A DNA stretch of 60,481 nt from a plasmid: sequence record NZ_CP024182.1; one strand, 5' to 3'. This document shows, piece by piece, positions 48,880 through 59,741 of this stretch. Below the pieces are notes generated by a model, which did not search any database, was not told the DNA's origin, and saw nothing but the letters and a program-made list of their open reading frames with translations. A program made the position numbers and the translations under genes. Numbering within the stretch: the first letter of the stretch is position 1; each line of letters begins with the position of its first letter.

Positions 48880-49080
48880 GGGGTCTCCCCAATAAGCACC
48901 CATTTTGAACGCAACTTTGTGAAGCGATAACTGGGGGCTTGGGGTTTCAAAAGGGGGTAAGCCCCCTTTGCCAGAACGCAGAGACAACTAATTTACGTTA
49001 GTAAATTTGGTGTCTCTGCATGTGCTGGCTATGTCGAAACTAGCCACCTTTTGTTATTATTTCTGATTTTAGCATAGCTA
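48880..49080. promoter_or_regulatory. Candidate oriT / mob promoter region with multiple hairpins
   Basis: Inverted repeats aagggggtaagccccctt, gcagagacaactaatttacgttagtaaatttggtgtctctgc (9-bp arms with a nested palindrome) and tggctatgtcgaaactagcca. They lie immediately upstream of mobC. Confidence 0.5.
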
Positions 49081-49176
49081 GCAAAAGACAGTAAAGCTAA
49101 TATTTGCCCAAACCATCCTCTTCTGTTAGTATGGTGAGATTGATTTTCTGAGAAACATGTTTTATTGGAGTAATGT

Positions 49177-49572
49177 ATGAGTAAGTATCTCAATAAATCT
49201 GCCGAACAGTTACAAAAAGAGTTGGCTGAGATTCAACAAGCATTGGAGCAAAAAGAGAAAGTAGAAATAGCGGCTATCGGTGCTATATTTAGTCGCTTTT
49301 TAAAAAGTATTGATGATGCAAAATCTGCTAAATATCACCTAAATATTATTGAAAAACATGCAGAAAAATCAGAGAAGAAGGCTTTAAAAATTTTAATAAA
49401 CAAGTTAAAAACAATTAGAGATTTTGAGAGTTTAGAAAATAATTTACAACGAACTACGAATAACTCGATGCAAGATAATTCAAAAATACATCAAAATTTA
49501 GCGACTAATTCTATAAATAATCATTCAGATGGTTCGTCTATAAATCCAGAAACTAAAAATTTTAATTCATAA
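49177..49572 (+). CDS. Hypothetical coiled-coil protein (131 aa)
   Basis: The ORF has an RBS-like ggag. It is K/E-rich and helical. No family recognised. Confidence 0.4.
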   Translation: MSKYLNKSAEQLQKELAEIQQALEQKEKVEIAAIGAIFSRFLKSIDDAKSAKYHLNIIEKHAEKSEKKALKILINKLKTIRDFESLENNLQRTTNNSMQDNSKIHQNLATNSINNHSDGSSINPETKNFNS

Positions 49573-50234
49573 TTTTCGACAGAAAATTTTTATTTACCTA
49601 ATAAACTTTTCAAAAAATTCAAATAAAAATAATATTTTTTAATCTCAAAAAGTATGATTTTTTTATGTGAAAAAATAGCTTGTAATTCGTCGTAATAAAG
49701 ATAATTATTTTTAGTTTTTATAGAAAATTTATCTATCAATTTGATAGAAAAATTTCCAAAAATCGTAGAAAATATAGTTAAAAAGGTATGCAGTTTTTTC
49801 TTTTTTATTCAAAAATTTGAGTAGAGATTTAATATATTTTAATTACTAATCGATGAGATTGATGGGATGGTTATAGACTACTTACGTTTCTCTTCTGGAC
49901 TAAGTATTTTCTATTTTTAAGGATTATTTTTTAGTTTGCCTGTCTAAATTGGATGCAGTTTTGACAATAGTAGGTTGTGTTATTGTGGGTGATAGTTTTG
50001 GTATAGGGTGCGCCAATTTGATACATGATATTGCATTGTTGACAACAGATGCTTGAATCGTATACTCGGGATTTTTTAATAATTGAGCCCAATTGTTTGA
50101 TAGTGATGTGGTAAGTTTGGCATAGGGTGATAATATGATCCAGTAAGTCAAAGTTGTTACTAGGTTAATAAAAAAAGATTTGAATCATTAAATTGTTCAA
50201 ACCTTTTTTTCACTATGCAATAACTTTTACAAAT

Positions 50235-53200
50235 TTATTTTGATAAGTCTGATAGTGATTTTTTATCAACTACTTGTCTGAGATTACTCAAAAACGCAAG
50301 TTGAAAGGCTTCATCTTGGATAAAAAGTTTGTAAAAATCAATTTCTTTTTTTCGGTCTTCGACGATGATGTCTTTGACCAGTTTTTCAAATTCTAGGTTG
50401 CGATGTTGTTCATCTTTCGTGGTCAGATACTTCTGTTGAAAGTCAGGATGGTCATAAATTCGTTGTGCTAAGTTGATAAATTTCATTCGTTGTTCTTCTG
50501 GCGTAATATGCCAACTTTTAAACCATCGCTCATTAAAATCTGCGATGATTTTATCTAGGTTGTTGGTTTTTGCTTCAGTATGTACGCCAATCACGTTAGG
50601 GTTGCTCGGGTCGATAACCGCTTCTTTTTCGTCTAATGTTATCTTTGAACCTAAAGCCGTTCTTTCAATCGCATAAGTATTTAAATCAATCGATTCTAAC
50701 AAGTCATCGATATCATCATCTTCCTGGGTGCGAATGTTAAGCTCAGGAATTAATGCTTTTAATAACCAAAACAATCGCTCCCATTCGATTTTGTTAAACG
50801 GCATAATGGATGCAAGACGGCTATAGAGTTTGACAAATTGTTTGGCTTGCATTTTAAATTCGATTTTTGCGTCATCGCTAAGTTCCAACCCGTGGTTAAA
50901 GCGTTCTGCCAAAATATTGATTTTGCCTTGCAAGGTTTCCATACCGGCACCGCCAAAATAGGCTTCGGCATAGTCAATGACTTCATGGGGTTCATAAACG
51001 CCTACCGCATCCAGTTCAGTTTTGATATCGCTAAGTATATTGACATCGGTCGCTTGGCTTAGGGTGGTGACTGTAAAGTATTTATCAAATGCGGATTTGA
51101 TATGTTTTAATTCATTAAAAAAGTCCAACACAAACAAATCTTCGGTTTTTTTGTCGTACTTATTCGCCGAGCGATTGAGCCTTGACAGCGTTTGCACTGC
51201 CAGTACATCTCGCAATTTTTTATCGACATACATGGCGGTGAGTTTGGGTTGGTCAAAGCCTGTCAGATATTTATTCGCAACGACCAAAATTCGGTAGTCA
51301 TCGCTATCAAATTTTTCTTTGGTTTTGCTATCTTCAAAGCCGTTGATTTGGCTCTCGGTGTAGCCAATGCCGTCCACGATTTTTTCACCACTAAAGGCTA
51401 TCATGGCTTTAAAGGGATTGCCTTTTTGCTCTAATAAGCGGTTAATCGCTTGGTAATAACGGATTGCCATTTCGATATTTTGTGTGACTATCATGGCTTT
51501 GGCATGACCTTTTAGGCGTTTTTTGGCAAAAATATTGCTGATAAAGTGATCAAGCATGATTTCGGCTTTGACATCGATGGTTTGCTGTTGGCGTTCGACA
51601 TACGCTTTCAGGGCTTTTTGTGCCTTGTTAGAATCAAATGCTGGGTCATTTTCGACCGATTTTTGAATCTCGTAGTAAGATTTGAAGGTGGTGTAATTGC
51701 GTACCACATCCAGAATAAAGCCTTCTTCAATGGCTTGCTTCATGGAGTACAGGTCAAAGGGAGTAAAGCGACCGTCGGCTTGTTTTTCGCCAAATTTTTC
51801 TAGGGTGCTGTCTTTTGGGGTAGCCGTGAAAGCAAAATAGCTGCCATTGCCCCGCATTTTGCGTGATTCCATTGCCTTTATAATGCGGTCTTGGTTATCG
51901 TCCATATCACCGTCTTTTTCGTTATCGGTATCAATACCCAAAGCGGTATTCATGCCATCGTGAGCCATTCCGCTTTGTGAGCTGTGGGCTTCGTCGATGA
52001 TAATAGCAAAGTTCTTGTCCGCCATTTCGCCAATGTCGTCTAGGATAAAGGGGAATTTTTGAATAGTGGTGATGATGATTTTTTTGCCGTTTTCTAGAGC
52101 GTTGCGTAGGTCTTTTGAGCGTTCGGCATGGGCGATAATGCCTTTGACTTCGCTAAACTGCTTGATATTGTCTTTGAGCTGTTTGTCCAAAATTTTGCGG
52201 TCAGTCACTACAATTACCGAATCATATAGCGGCTGTTCTAGCCCTTTCGCCCCTTTTGCTTGTTCGCTGTGCGGGTAGGCTTCTATAAGCTGATAGGCAA
52301 GCCATGTGATGGAGTTGGACTTGCCAGACCCTGCGGAATGCTGAATCAGATAGCGTTTGCCAACGCCATTGCCAGCGACGTCTTGCACCAATCGCCTTAC
52401 CACGCTCATTTGATGGTAGCGGGGGAAATACAGGGTCATGTCGCCAAGATTGGGCTTTTTGATGTCGGGATTATCACAGCCTAATCGCACAAAATGGCTG
52501 ATGAGATTGACTAAGCTGTCAGGCTGTAACACTTCGTTCCAAAGGTATTCGGTGTTAAAGCCGTTGGGATTGGGTGGGTTACCTGCGTTGCCGTGGTTGC
52601 CTTTATTGAACGGTAAAAAGAAGGTATTTGCCCCGTTTAGCCGTGTGGTCATGTAGGCTTCTTGGTTGTCTAGGGTAAAGTGGACAATGGCACGGGCAAA
52701 GTTAAATAACGGGTCATCAAAACTTCTATCTTTTTTGTATTGTTCGATGGCGTTAAAACGGGCGGTTTGGTTTTTATGGGTGCTTTTGAGTTCTAGGGTG
52801 ATGATAGCTAGACCGTTTAAAAAAATGACCAAATCCACCGAGTTGCCGTTATGCTGGCTATAACGAACTTGTCGACTAACGGTAAGGATGTTTTGTCGGT
52901 AGTTATCACGGGCGATTTGGCTAGAGCTTGCTAGGGGCTTTGGGTAAAGAAAGGTTAAGTTGGCGTTGTCCACGTCCAAGCCTTTTTTGAGTATGTGCAG
53001 TATGCCGTATTTTTTGATGGTATTGTTGAGGCGGTGGATGATGGTTTTTTGCCAGTCTGGGTTGTGTTTGGCGATGGTGTCTAGGGCGGTTTGTTGGCTA
53101 TTATGCAGAAATTGCCAAAAATAGTGGCTGTCGATGGCTTGGATTTTGTCAAAGTCAGCAGAGTTGCCTTGTTGATAGCCGTTAGCGGTTAGGGCGGTGA

Positions 53201-53249
53201 CGATGTGGTCTTCGAGTTCTTTTTCGCTAAAGTTGGTAAGTTTCTGCAT
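50235..53249 (-). CDS. hsdR: Type I restriction enzyme R subunit (HsdR)
   Basis: 1004 aa. It has an N-terminal nuclease region and DEAD/helicase motifs (…VVTDRKILDKQ…, DEAHSSQSG). Its size and layout resemble EcoR124-like HsdR. Confidence 0.9.
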   Translation of the reverse strand: MQKLTNFSEKELEDHIVTALTANGYQQGNSADFDKIQAIDSHYFWQFLHNSQQTALDTIAKHNPDWQKTIIHRLNNTIKKYGILHILKKGLDVDNANLTFLYPKPLASSSQIARDNYRQNILTVSRQVRYSQHNGNSVDLVIFLNGLAIITLELKSTHKNQTARFNAIEQYKKDRSFDDPLFNFARAIVHFTLDNQEAYMTTRLNGANTFFLPFNKGNHGNAGNPPNPNGFNTEYLWNEVLQPDSLVNLISHFVRLGCDNPDIKKPNLGDMTLYFPRYHQMSVVRRLVQDVAGNGVGKRYLIQHSAGSGKSNSITWLAYQLIEAYPHSEQAKGAKGLEQPLYDSVIVVTDRKILDKQLKDNIKQFSEVKGIIAHAERSKDLRNALENGKKIIITTIQKFPFILDDIGEMADKNFAIIIDEAHSSQSGMAHDGMNTALGIDTDNEKDGDMDDNQDRIIKAMESRKMRGNGSYFAFTATPKDSTLEKFGEKQADGRFTPFDLYSMKQAIEEGFILDVVRNYTTFKSYYEIQKSVENDPAFDSNKAQKALKAYVERQQQTIDVKAEIMLDHFISNIFAKKRLKGHAKAMIVTQNIEMAIRYYQAINRLLEQKGNPFKAMIAFSGEKIVDGIGYTESQINGFEDSKTKEKFDSDDYRILVVANKYLTGFDQPKLTAMYVDKKLRDVLAVQTLSRLNRSANKYDKKTEDLFVLDFFNELKHIKSAFDKYFTVTTLSQATDVNILSDIKTELDAVGVYEPHEVIDYAEAYFGGAGMETLQGKINILAERFNHGLELSDDAKIEFKMQAKQFVKLYSRLASIMPFNKIEWERLFWLLKALIPELNIRTQEDDDIDDLLESIDLNTYAIERTALGSKITLDEKEAVIDPSNPNVIGVHTEAKTNNLDKIIADFNERWFKSWHITPEEQRMKFINLAQRIYDHPDFQQKYLTTKDEQHRNLEFEKLVKDIIVEDRKKEIDFYKLFIQDEAFQLAFLSNLRQVVDKKSLSDLSK

Positions 53250-53259
53250 GCGTGGCTCG

Positions 53260-54564
53260 TTAGATTTTTATTTTGCCTGTGACGGCTTGGTTGATTAGGA
53301 TATTTTTGTATTCTTTTAAACGGTCGATTTGGGTTTGGTAACCTTTAGATGTTTTATAAATTTTCTCATTCAAATCATCTAAATAATTAGCAATTTTTTC
53401 TTGTTCCTGTAAATTCGGATAGGGAATTCTAAGATTTTTAATCATGTCTTGATTGATATTAGGTTGTCCACCACCATAAGAATTTGAAATTAAATGATTC
53501 TTTGCAAATTGCATGACGTAAAATATATATTTCATAAAAACTTTATCAGAATTCCCCAACACACAGCACGCTTGATTCGTCGTGCTTTTAATTTTAAGTA
53601 AACCGACCTTACCAATAGTTGCTCCATACATTGCAATCACTAGACTATTCTCATCATACAATTTCAAAGAAGAAAATTTACTCATTGCTTTTTGGTTAAT
53701 CTTTCTGCTAGTTGCAACGATGTAATCATTATTTAAGTCGCCAGTTTGTAACCAATTAATGTCACCAGAATCATAATAACTCAAATCACTACTGGTTGGA
53801 GTTGTACCACTTCCAATCTTATTAAATAAATGTGTATTCTTTTTAACGTCCCAATGCTCGGGAATATTACCTATCCATTCCACACCACTATTTTTCATAG
53901 GGGCGTTAGGGTTTAAGCCTTTAGTGACGGCATTTTGAATGACGATTTGTTTATATTCATTGAGTTTTTCAATTTGCTGTTGTTTTAGAGCAATCGCTTG
54001 GTCAATTTGGGCGGTTTTTTCAGCTAAAAAAGAAACTATCTTTTTTTGAACTTCAATATTTGGATAAGGTACAACAACGTCACCAAATTTATCAAAATAT
54101 AGTCGTAATCGCATATCCATAATGCCACGAGAATGTCTTTTTAACTCAGACGTACATTGCGGTGAGCGAAATAACAAATGATAAAAAATACCTTCAATTG
54201 GCATTTTTGGCTTTAAAACGTCATATGCTGGGCTAGTAACGCCGTCATAATCTGATAAACCAATTGCCCCCATCCATGCCAAAAGCTTATTTACAACAAT
54301 ATCGCCTTTTTCTACAATCAAATAGCCGTCCGTTGTCGTTGCTCTATTACCCCTTTCTTCAAGCTCTTTTCTAGGTTTAACTCCAATATCCGTATAAACC
54401 GAAAGCAACTCGCAATCATTATTTTTTGGGGCGAATTTCATCACCAATCGAAAAATATTTTTAACTTTTAACAAATCCCAGTCGCTTGGAATTTTCCCTA
54501 ACCAATCCACACCGCTGTCTTTATAACTGTCATACGTCGCATAACTCATTGAATTTACTACCAT
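53260..54564 (-). CDS. hsdS: Type I restriction-modification specificity subunit (HsdS), two target-recognition domains
   Basis: 434 aa. It has duplicated halves with the conserved helical spacers (…AEKTAQIDQAIALKQQQIEKLNEYKQIVIQNAVTKGL… and …DLNEKIYKTSKGYQTQIDRLKEYKNILINQAVTGKI). Confidence 0.85.
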   Translation of the reverse strand: MVVNSMSYATYDSYKDSGVDWLGKIPSDWDLLKVKNIFRLVMKFAPKNNDCELLSVYTDIGVKPRKELEERGNRATTTDGYLIVEKGDIVVNKLLAWMGAIGLSDYDGVTSPAYDVLKPKMPIEGIFYHLLFRSPQCTSELKRHSRGIMDMRLRLYFDKFGDVVVPYPNIEVQKKIVSFLAEKTAQIDQAIALKQQQIEKLNEYKQIVIQNAVTKGLNPNAPMKNSGVEWIGNIPEHWDVKKNTHLFNKIGSGTTPTSSDLSYYDSGDINWLQTGDLNNDYIVATSRKINQKAMSKFSSLKLYDENSLVIAMYGATIGKVGLLKIKSTTNQACCVLGNSDKVFMKYIFYVMQFAKNHLISNSYGGGQPNINQDMIKNLRIPYPNLQEQEKIANYLDDLNEKIYKTSKGYQTQIDRLKEYKNILINQAVTGKIKI

Positions 54565-54702
54565 TAAATTTATTTCGTTTAATTGACTAAACAGCCAAAA
54601 ATCGGTATAATACGCCTTAATAACTCCCCAAGTTCTTGCCCATTATGGGAATAACAAGTCTTGGGGCTATCTATTTCTAGCGAACCAAAAATTTTAAAAT
54701 CG

Positions 54703-55638
54703 CTATCGCCATAAGCGCCACGCTTTCAAATCCGCCAAACTCATCGACTTTGGCAAGCCAAACTGCTCCAAACTCACTTTATTATTGCTCATCTGCGGAA
54801 ACTCATCCAACGTATCTAAGAACCGCTGTCCCCAAGTCGAATTTGGGCAAATAAACGTTAACATCCGTTGCATCAGGCAGAAGTAAAGCAATACCTTGGC
54901 AGGGTCAAACCTTTGAAACTCTGGCTCCAACCCCTTTAGCGACGCTTTAAATACCACATGGCGATTCCACAAACGCCCATGATGTGCCGAGATATTGCGA
55001 ATCAAATTGAAGGCGTGTAATTGAGTTTCTAACAATTTGGCACTGGGCAAGCGATAATATTTAGCAATCGCTTCTTTATCCGCCCGTCGCATGATTTTAT
55101 ACAAAATCGACATCGCCCCAAAATCCCACAGCTCACACCCTGCCCAAACGGGAATATCGTGATAATACTGCTGATGATGTTTGACAAAATCGCTGTGTTT
55201 TTCTCGAGCTATCACCGCTTCATAACGAGCCACCCAATCGGCATGCCTAACCTTATCATCAAAATACTGTTCATCTAAATGGGCTAATGAGTCAAATGAG
55301 CCAAGCCTATCGGCAATTCGTACTCGCATAGCCACTTCGATTCGCTCCAACGCATCCAATGCCAACTGACGCAGTTTTTTATCGAACATATACAAGGCTT
55401 TGATGTCTTGAAAATGGCTGTTTGGCTCAAACGCATTATCGACTGTACCGTCTGGCATCACTTGGCGAAACACGTACGCATAACCGCTCAACCGATAGTA
55501 GCCAATTGTTCGTAGATAGCCCAATGCTTTTTTATTATCATCAACAATTAAGCCACGCTGTTTATAGGTATCTAACTGTTGTTGTACCGTTTTATAAGGC
55601 TTAGGCGGTAACTTGGTGGGCATAAATTTCCTTAGCAC
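54703..55638 (-). CDS. Abi_2-family abortive-infection protein (AbiD/AbiF-like)
   Basis: 311 aa with the Abi_2 signature segments TIGYYRLSGYAYVF and LIRNISAHHGRLWNR. It is embedded between hsdM and hsdS. Confidence 0.75.
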   Translation of the reverse strand: MLRKFMPTKLPPKPYKTVQQQLDTYKQRGLIVDDNKKALGYLRTIGYYRLSGYAYVFRQVMPDGTVDNAFEPNSHFQDIKALYMFDKKLRQLALDALERIEVAMRVRIADRLGSFDSLAHLDEQYFDDKVRHADWVARYEAVIAREKHSDFVKHHQQYYHDIPVWAGCELWDFGAMSILYKIMRRADKEAIAKYYRLPSAKLLETQLHAFNLIRNISAHHGRLWNRHVVFKASLKGLEPEFQRFDPAKVLLYFCLMQRMLTFICPNSTWGQRFLDTLDEFPQMSNNKVSLEQFGLPKSMSLADLKAWRLWR

Positions 55639-55678
55639 AAATCAAAAATATCTTTGCATTATAGCAAAGTCAGACCCA

Positions 55679-58072
55679 CTAACCGCCCAAAATATCTCGA
55701 ATCAAGCCATCTGCCTCTTTATCCAGTTGCAACAGCTCATTTGCTACCTCATCCAAGTTTCTCAGCGGTCTATGCTGATAAAAATACTTGTTAAAGCTAA
55801 TCTCATAACCAATCTTGATACTTTCCATATCTAGCCATGCCTCGCTCACATGCGGTCGTACTTCTGTCAAAAAGTAATCGTAAATACCTTGATTGAGCGG
55901 GATTGACTCGCTATCTCGTAATTCGCTACTGCTTTCATAAATCACATACTGGTCGGGCTTGGCATTCTCAACACCCACATCTTGGGCAGGATAATACCCA
56001 AAATCGGCTAATTGCTCAGGCTGACAGCCAAATCGCTCGCATAAGGTTTGGATTTTATCGGCTTTTAATGTAGTGATAGATTTAATCACTTTTTCACCTG
56101 TTTCATCATACCAACTGACCGCATCAAGAATTTGTTTTCGCTCATTGTTTTTAAGCTTAATATCGTGCGTTTTAAGCACGTTCTCGACCTTTTTGGTAAA
56201 AAGATTAAAGTCAGTGTATAAAACGTCTCCTAGCGCTTCCCAGAGCGTTATAGCATGGTTCATGATGGACACTTGGTTTTGCCAAGTCTCAATATCGAGA
56301 ATTTTTTTGCGTTGAGCCAAACTTAAGCCCATCTCTTCAGATTCTGCCCATTTTTTTAAATCGTTTTTGTACTTGGTATAAAACTCAGCTTGATAAACCT
56401 CATCGCCATATTGTTCATATAGCGTGTTCATAGCATCGCTTAGGCTATTATCAAAACGCAACTTGGCAATCGACTCGGCGGTAAACTGAGCGTGACGACG
56501 GTCAGGACGCTCGATATTGACCTTATGATAGCCAAAATCTTGATTGGCAAATACTTGACTAGCAATGCCTGTTGGCTCGCCTTTAGCATCCAACTGCCCA
56601 CGGATGGTTGCCATATCAAGATAAGTTTGGGTAATCGTGGCAATATCTTGTGGGCTAAATTCGCTATTTTTACTGCCTAAGTTCTTTTTGAGCTTGCGAT
56701 ACATTTGACTGGCATCAATCAGTTGGACTTTGCCTTGACGTTCGCTTGGCTTATTGTTGGATAACAGCCAAATGTAAGTGGTGATACCTGTGTTATAAAA
56801 TAAATTGTTCGGCAATTGGATAATTGCGTCAAGCCAATCATTTTCGATAATGTGTCGGCGGATATTACTTTCACCACTACCAGCATCACCTGTGAACAAG
56901 CTTGAGCCATTATGCACTGATGCAATACGAGAGCCTTTTTCCCCTCCCCTGCTCGATTTCATCTTGCTAACCATTTCCATCAAAAACAATAACTGCCCAT
57001 CACTAGAGCGTGGGGTTGCATCTACTACTTGTGGATTACCCCAATAATCGTTTAAGGTAACGATAAACCGGGTATCAGAAACGGTTTTGCCGTCGGTATC
57101 ATAGATATTTTTCTTCTCTCCTGCCCAGCTTTTACCATATGGTGGATTGGACAGCATAAAATCAAATTGCGTACCTGCAAATTCATCGGTTGATAAGGTT
57201 GAGCCAACCCGAATGTTTTCTGGGTTGTCGCCTTTAATCATCATATCTGATTTACAAATGGCGTAAGTCTCATCATTGATTTCTTTGCCATACAAAAATA
57301 TGGTGCGTTGCATATTGTCTAGCGGGTATTTTTCGTGAATGAAGTTTTCAGATTCGGTCAGCATACCCCCGCTACCACACGCTGGGTCATAAACGGTTAA
57401 TGTTTTAGGTAGTGTATCTTTGATTGGGTCAAATACTAAATGCGTCATTAACTCAATGACTTCTCTTGGGGTAAAGTGCTCCCCTGCTTCCTCGTTATTT
57501 TCTTCATTGAATCTGCGAATCAGCTCTTCAAAAACATAACCCATTCCTAAATTACTAAGAGCAGGCAGCAATTGGTCTTGTGGGTCACGTTGCTCAATTG
57601 GTGATAAATTTAGGTAGGGTGAAACGAATTTCTCTAAAACATCGAGTAGAACGTTTTTATTTGCCATATGGCGAACTTGGTCAAGTAATTTAAACCGCAC
57701 TAATATGTCTTTGACGTTAGCACTAAAGCCATTTAAATACTCCTCAAAGTTGGAAAGTAGCAATTGCTGATTATTGCTGGCTGATTCCTTGAGTTTTTTG
57801 AGCGTCCATTTGTTAGTATTGTAAAACACAAAACCTGATGCTTTGCGCAAGCCATCATCATCAAATTCAGTTAATCCTAAATCCTTTTTTTGAAATTCAA
57901 CTTCTTCAAGAACGGCTTGTTTGGTAGGCTCAAGAATACTATCAAGACGGCGTAATACTGTCATAGGTAAGATTACATCACGATATTTACCACGAACATA
58001 AACATCTCTTAAACAGTCATCTGCAATTGACCAAATAAAAGAGACCAATTTGTTATGTACAGCATGATTCAT
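55679..58072 (-). CDS. hsdM: Type I restriction-modification N6-adenine DNA methyltransferase (HsdM), long form
   Basis: 797 aa. It has an HsdM N-terminal domain and the catalytic motif LSNPPYG. A C-terminal extension of about 250 aa lies beyond the usual roughly 500-550-aa HsdM. Confidence 0.88.
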   Translation of the reverse strand: MNHAVHNKLVSFIWSIADDCLRDVYVRGKYRDVILPMTVLRRLDSILEPTKQAVLEEVEFQKKDLGLTEFDDDGLRKASGFVFYNTNKWTLKKLKESASNNQQLLLSNFEEYLNGFSANVKDILVRFKLLDQVRHMANKNVLLDVLEKFVSPYLNLSPIEQRDPQDQLLPALSNLGMGYVFEELIRRFNEENNEEAGEHFTPREVIELMTHLVFDPIKDTLPKTLTVYDPACGSGGMLTESENFIHEKYPLDNMQRTIFLYGKEINDETYAICKSDMMIKGDNPENIRVGSTLSTDEFAGTQFDFMLSNPPYGKSWAGEKKNIYDTDGKTVSDTRFIVTLNDYWGNPQVVDATPRSSDGQLLFLMEMVSKMKSSRGGEKGSRIASVHNGSSLFTGDAGSGESNIRRHIIENDWLDAIIQLPNNLFYNTGITTYIWLLSNNKPSERQGKVQLIDASQMYRKLKKNLGSKNSEFSPQDIATITQTYLDMATIRGQLDAKGEPTGIASQVFANQDFGYHKVNIERPDRRHAQFTAESIAKLRFDNSLSDAMNTLYEQYGDEVYQAEFYTKYKNDLKKWAESEEMGLSLAQRKKILDIETWQNQVSIMNHAITLWEALGDVLYTDFNLFTKKVENVLKTHDIKLKNNERKQILDAVSWYDETGEKVIKSITTLKADKIQTLCERFGCQPEQLADFGYYPAQDVGVENAKPDQYVIYESSSELRDSESIPLNQGIYDYFLTEVRPHVSEAWLDMESIKIGYEISFNKYFYQHRPLRNLDEVANELLQLDKEADGLIRDILGG

Positions 58073-58415
58073 GAAATTAACTCATTGTCTAAAATTGACC
58101 AAGTATAATGAATTTATGCCTCACTATGTTAGAGAAAATGAATTTCATATATGGACAACCATTTACAATAATTTATTTTTTAGTCCATATATTATTGATT
58201 TCTAAAATATTTTATTTATACCACTAAAATTTTATTTATATACTCACTATGTTAAAGAAAAACGGTACAAAAACTTATTAAATATCAACAATCTTTTATT
58301 TTATTAGTAGTTTTTTTATATAATTTAAGAAAAAAAGGTTTTTATTACATTTTAATTACTTTTAATACCTTTTAGACTGCTGTGATTCTTATCCAGCAAG
58401 GCTTAGAGCCCTCAT

Positions 58416-58518
58416 ATGTGGACACTCATTTACATATATGTGGACACTCATTTACATATATGTGGACAATCATTTACATATATGTGGACACTCATTTACA
58501 TATATGTGGACAAAAATA
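58416..58518 (+). repeat. Iterons: about 4.5 direct repeats of a 22-bp unit (catatatgtggacactcattta)
   Basis: The unit tggacactcatttacatatatg recurs four times and a degenerate copy (tggacaaaaatat) terminates the array. The array is about 30 bp upstream of the rep gene. Confidence 0.85.
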
Positions 58519-58545
58519 TATTTGACTATATATTGAACTTTTGAT

Positions 58546-59649
58546 ATGTTGACAATTCAAATTATAAGTAATGATGAAATTAAAATGTCTAATCCAAAAA
58601 ATAATCAAAATATTTCCAAACAAAACGAATTAGACCTTTCACTCAAGAATAAGCAAAAAGTATCGCCTAAATCTAATCAAAATCTTGTCGTTAAATCAAA
58701 TCGTTTGAATGAAGCCTTGCAAACATTAAGCTTGCCAGAACTTAGAATTATTCAGCTTGGCATCGTCGATGCCAGAGAGACAGGGACAGGATTACACACA
58801 GATAAACCATTAAGAATTGATGGTAAGCGTTATTCTGAAATATTTAATACGACCTTGCAGAATGGTTATATTTTAATGAAACAAGCGGAAGAGACACTTT
58901 TTAATCGTAGATTTAGTTTTATTAATAAGGAAGGTAATATTGTAAAAAGCCGTTGGATTCAGCAGATTGAGTATTTAGATAACCAAGGAGCTATAAATAT
59001 TTGTTTTACAAAGGCGGTTGTAGAAGCAATTACTCGCATTGATGGCTTTGAGGATTTTTTTACACAATATTATCTTGAACAGACTGCACAACTGAAAAGT
59101 GTGTACTCTGTACGATTATATGAATTACTTGTTCAGTGGAAAGTAGCTGGTAAAACTAAATTATTTGAAGTACAAACTTTCCGTAGTCAAATGGGGGTTG
59201 AAGATAGCGAATATAAAATTTTGGCAGACTTTAAAAAGCGTGTTCTAATGCCTTCTATCAAGGAAATTAATGATAAGACAGATTTGTTAGTAGATTTTCA
59301 ACAACAAAAGAAAGGGCGGACTGTTATAGGGTTTAAATTTTCTGTAGAGCTAAAAGAACGTCAATTAGCCAATGACGCGAATATAAAGACGGTAAACCAT
59401 TGTGTATCAGAGCAGTCCAGTAAAAAAAATCATCCTAGCTGGGTAGTAAAAGGTTTGACTGATAGTCAAATCAATAAAATTGCCATATACGCTGAAGAAT
59501 TTACTACTGCCAACAGTAAATTTATGTCTCCGAGTTTTCGAGGTGGCTACAAAGAACTTATCGACAGTTGGAGACCTATGCTAAAAGACCCTGAAAAAGT
59601 GAATGACTTTCAGAAAATTCAGGAGTTACTTGAACGAAAAGTAACATAA
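58546..59649 (+). CDS. rep: Replication initiator protein, Rep_3-type (iteron plasmid Rep)
   Basis: 367 aa and iteron-associated. Segments (…NLVVKSNRLNEALQTLSLPELRIIQLGIV…YSVRLYELLVQWK…) fit the Rep_3 (RepB-like) architecture. The true start may be the internal Met at MSNPKNNQ. Confidence 0.8.
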   Translation: MLTIQIISNDEIKMSNPKNNQNISKQNELDLSLKNKQKVSPKSNQNLVVKSNRLNEALQTLSLPELRIIQLGIVDARETGTGLHTDKPLRIDGKRYSEIFNTTLQNGYILMKQAEETLFNRRFSFINKEGNIVKSRWIQQIEYLDNQGAINICFTKAVVEAITRIDGFEDFFTQYYLEQTAQLKSVYSVRLYELLVQWKVAGKTKLFEVQTFRSQMGVEDSEYKILADFKKRVLMPSIKEINDKTDLLVDFQQQKKGRTVIGFKFSVELKERQLANDANIKTVNHCVSEQSSKKNHPSWVVKGLTDSQINKIAIYAEEFTTANSKFMSPSFRGGYKELIDSWRPMLKDPEKVNDFQKIQELLERKVT

Positions 59650-59741
59650 CAATAAATTTTTAATAAACGTACAGTACGTGTATTTTTAGTTTATTTTAGT
59701 GCTACTAATAATGTTTTTTAAAATTAAAATAAATGTTTTTA

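Noticed and set aside
56073-57047. Small ORFs inside hsdM/hsdR/hsdS on the opposite strand (e.g. 56073-56315, 56805-57047, 50838-52863 series)
   Set aside because: They are shadow ORFs within well-supported type I R-M genes.
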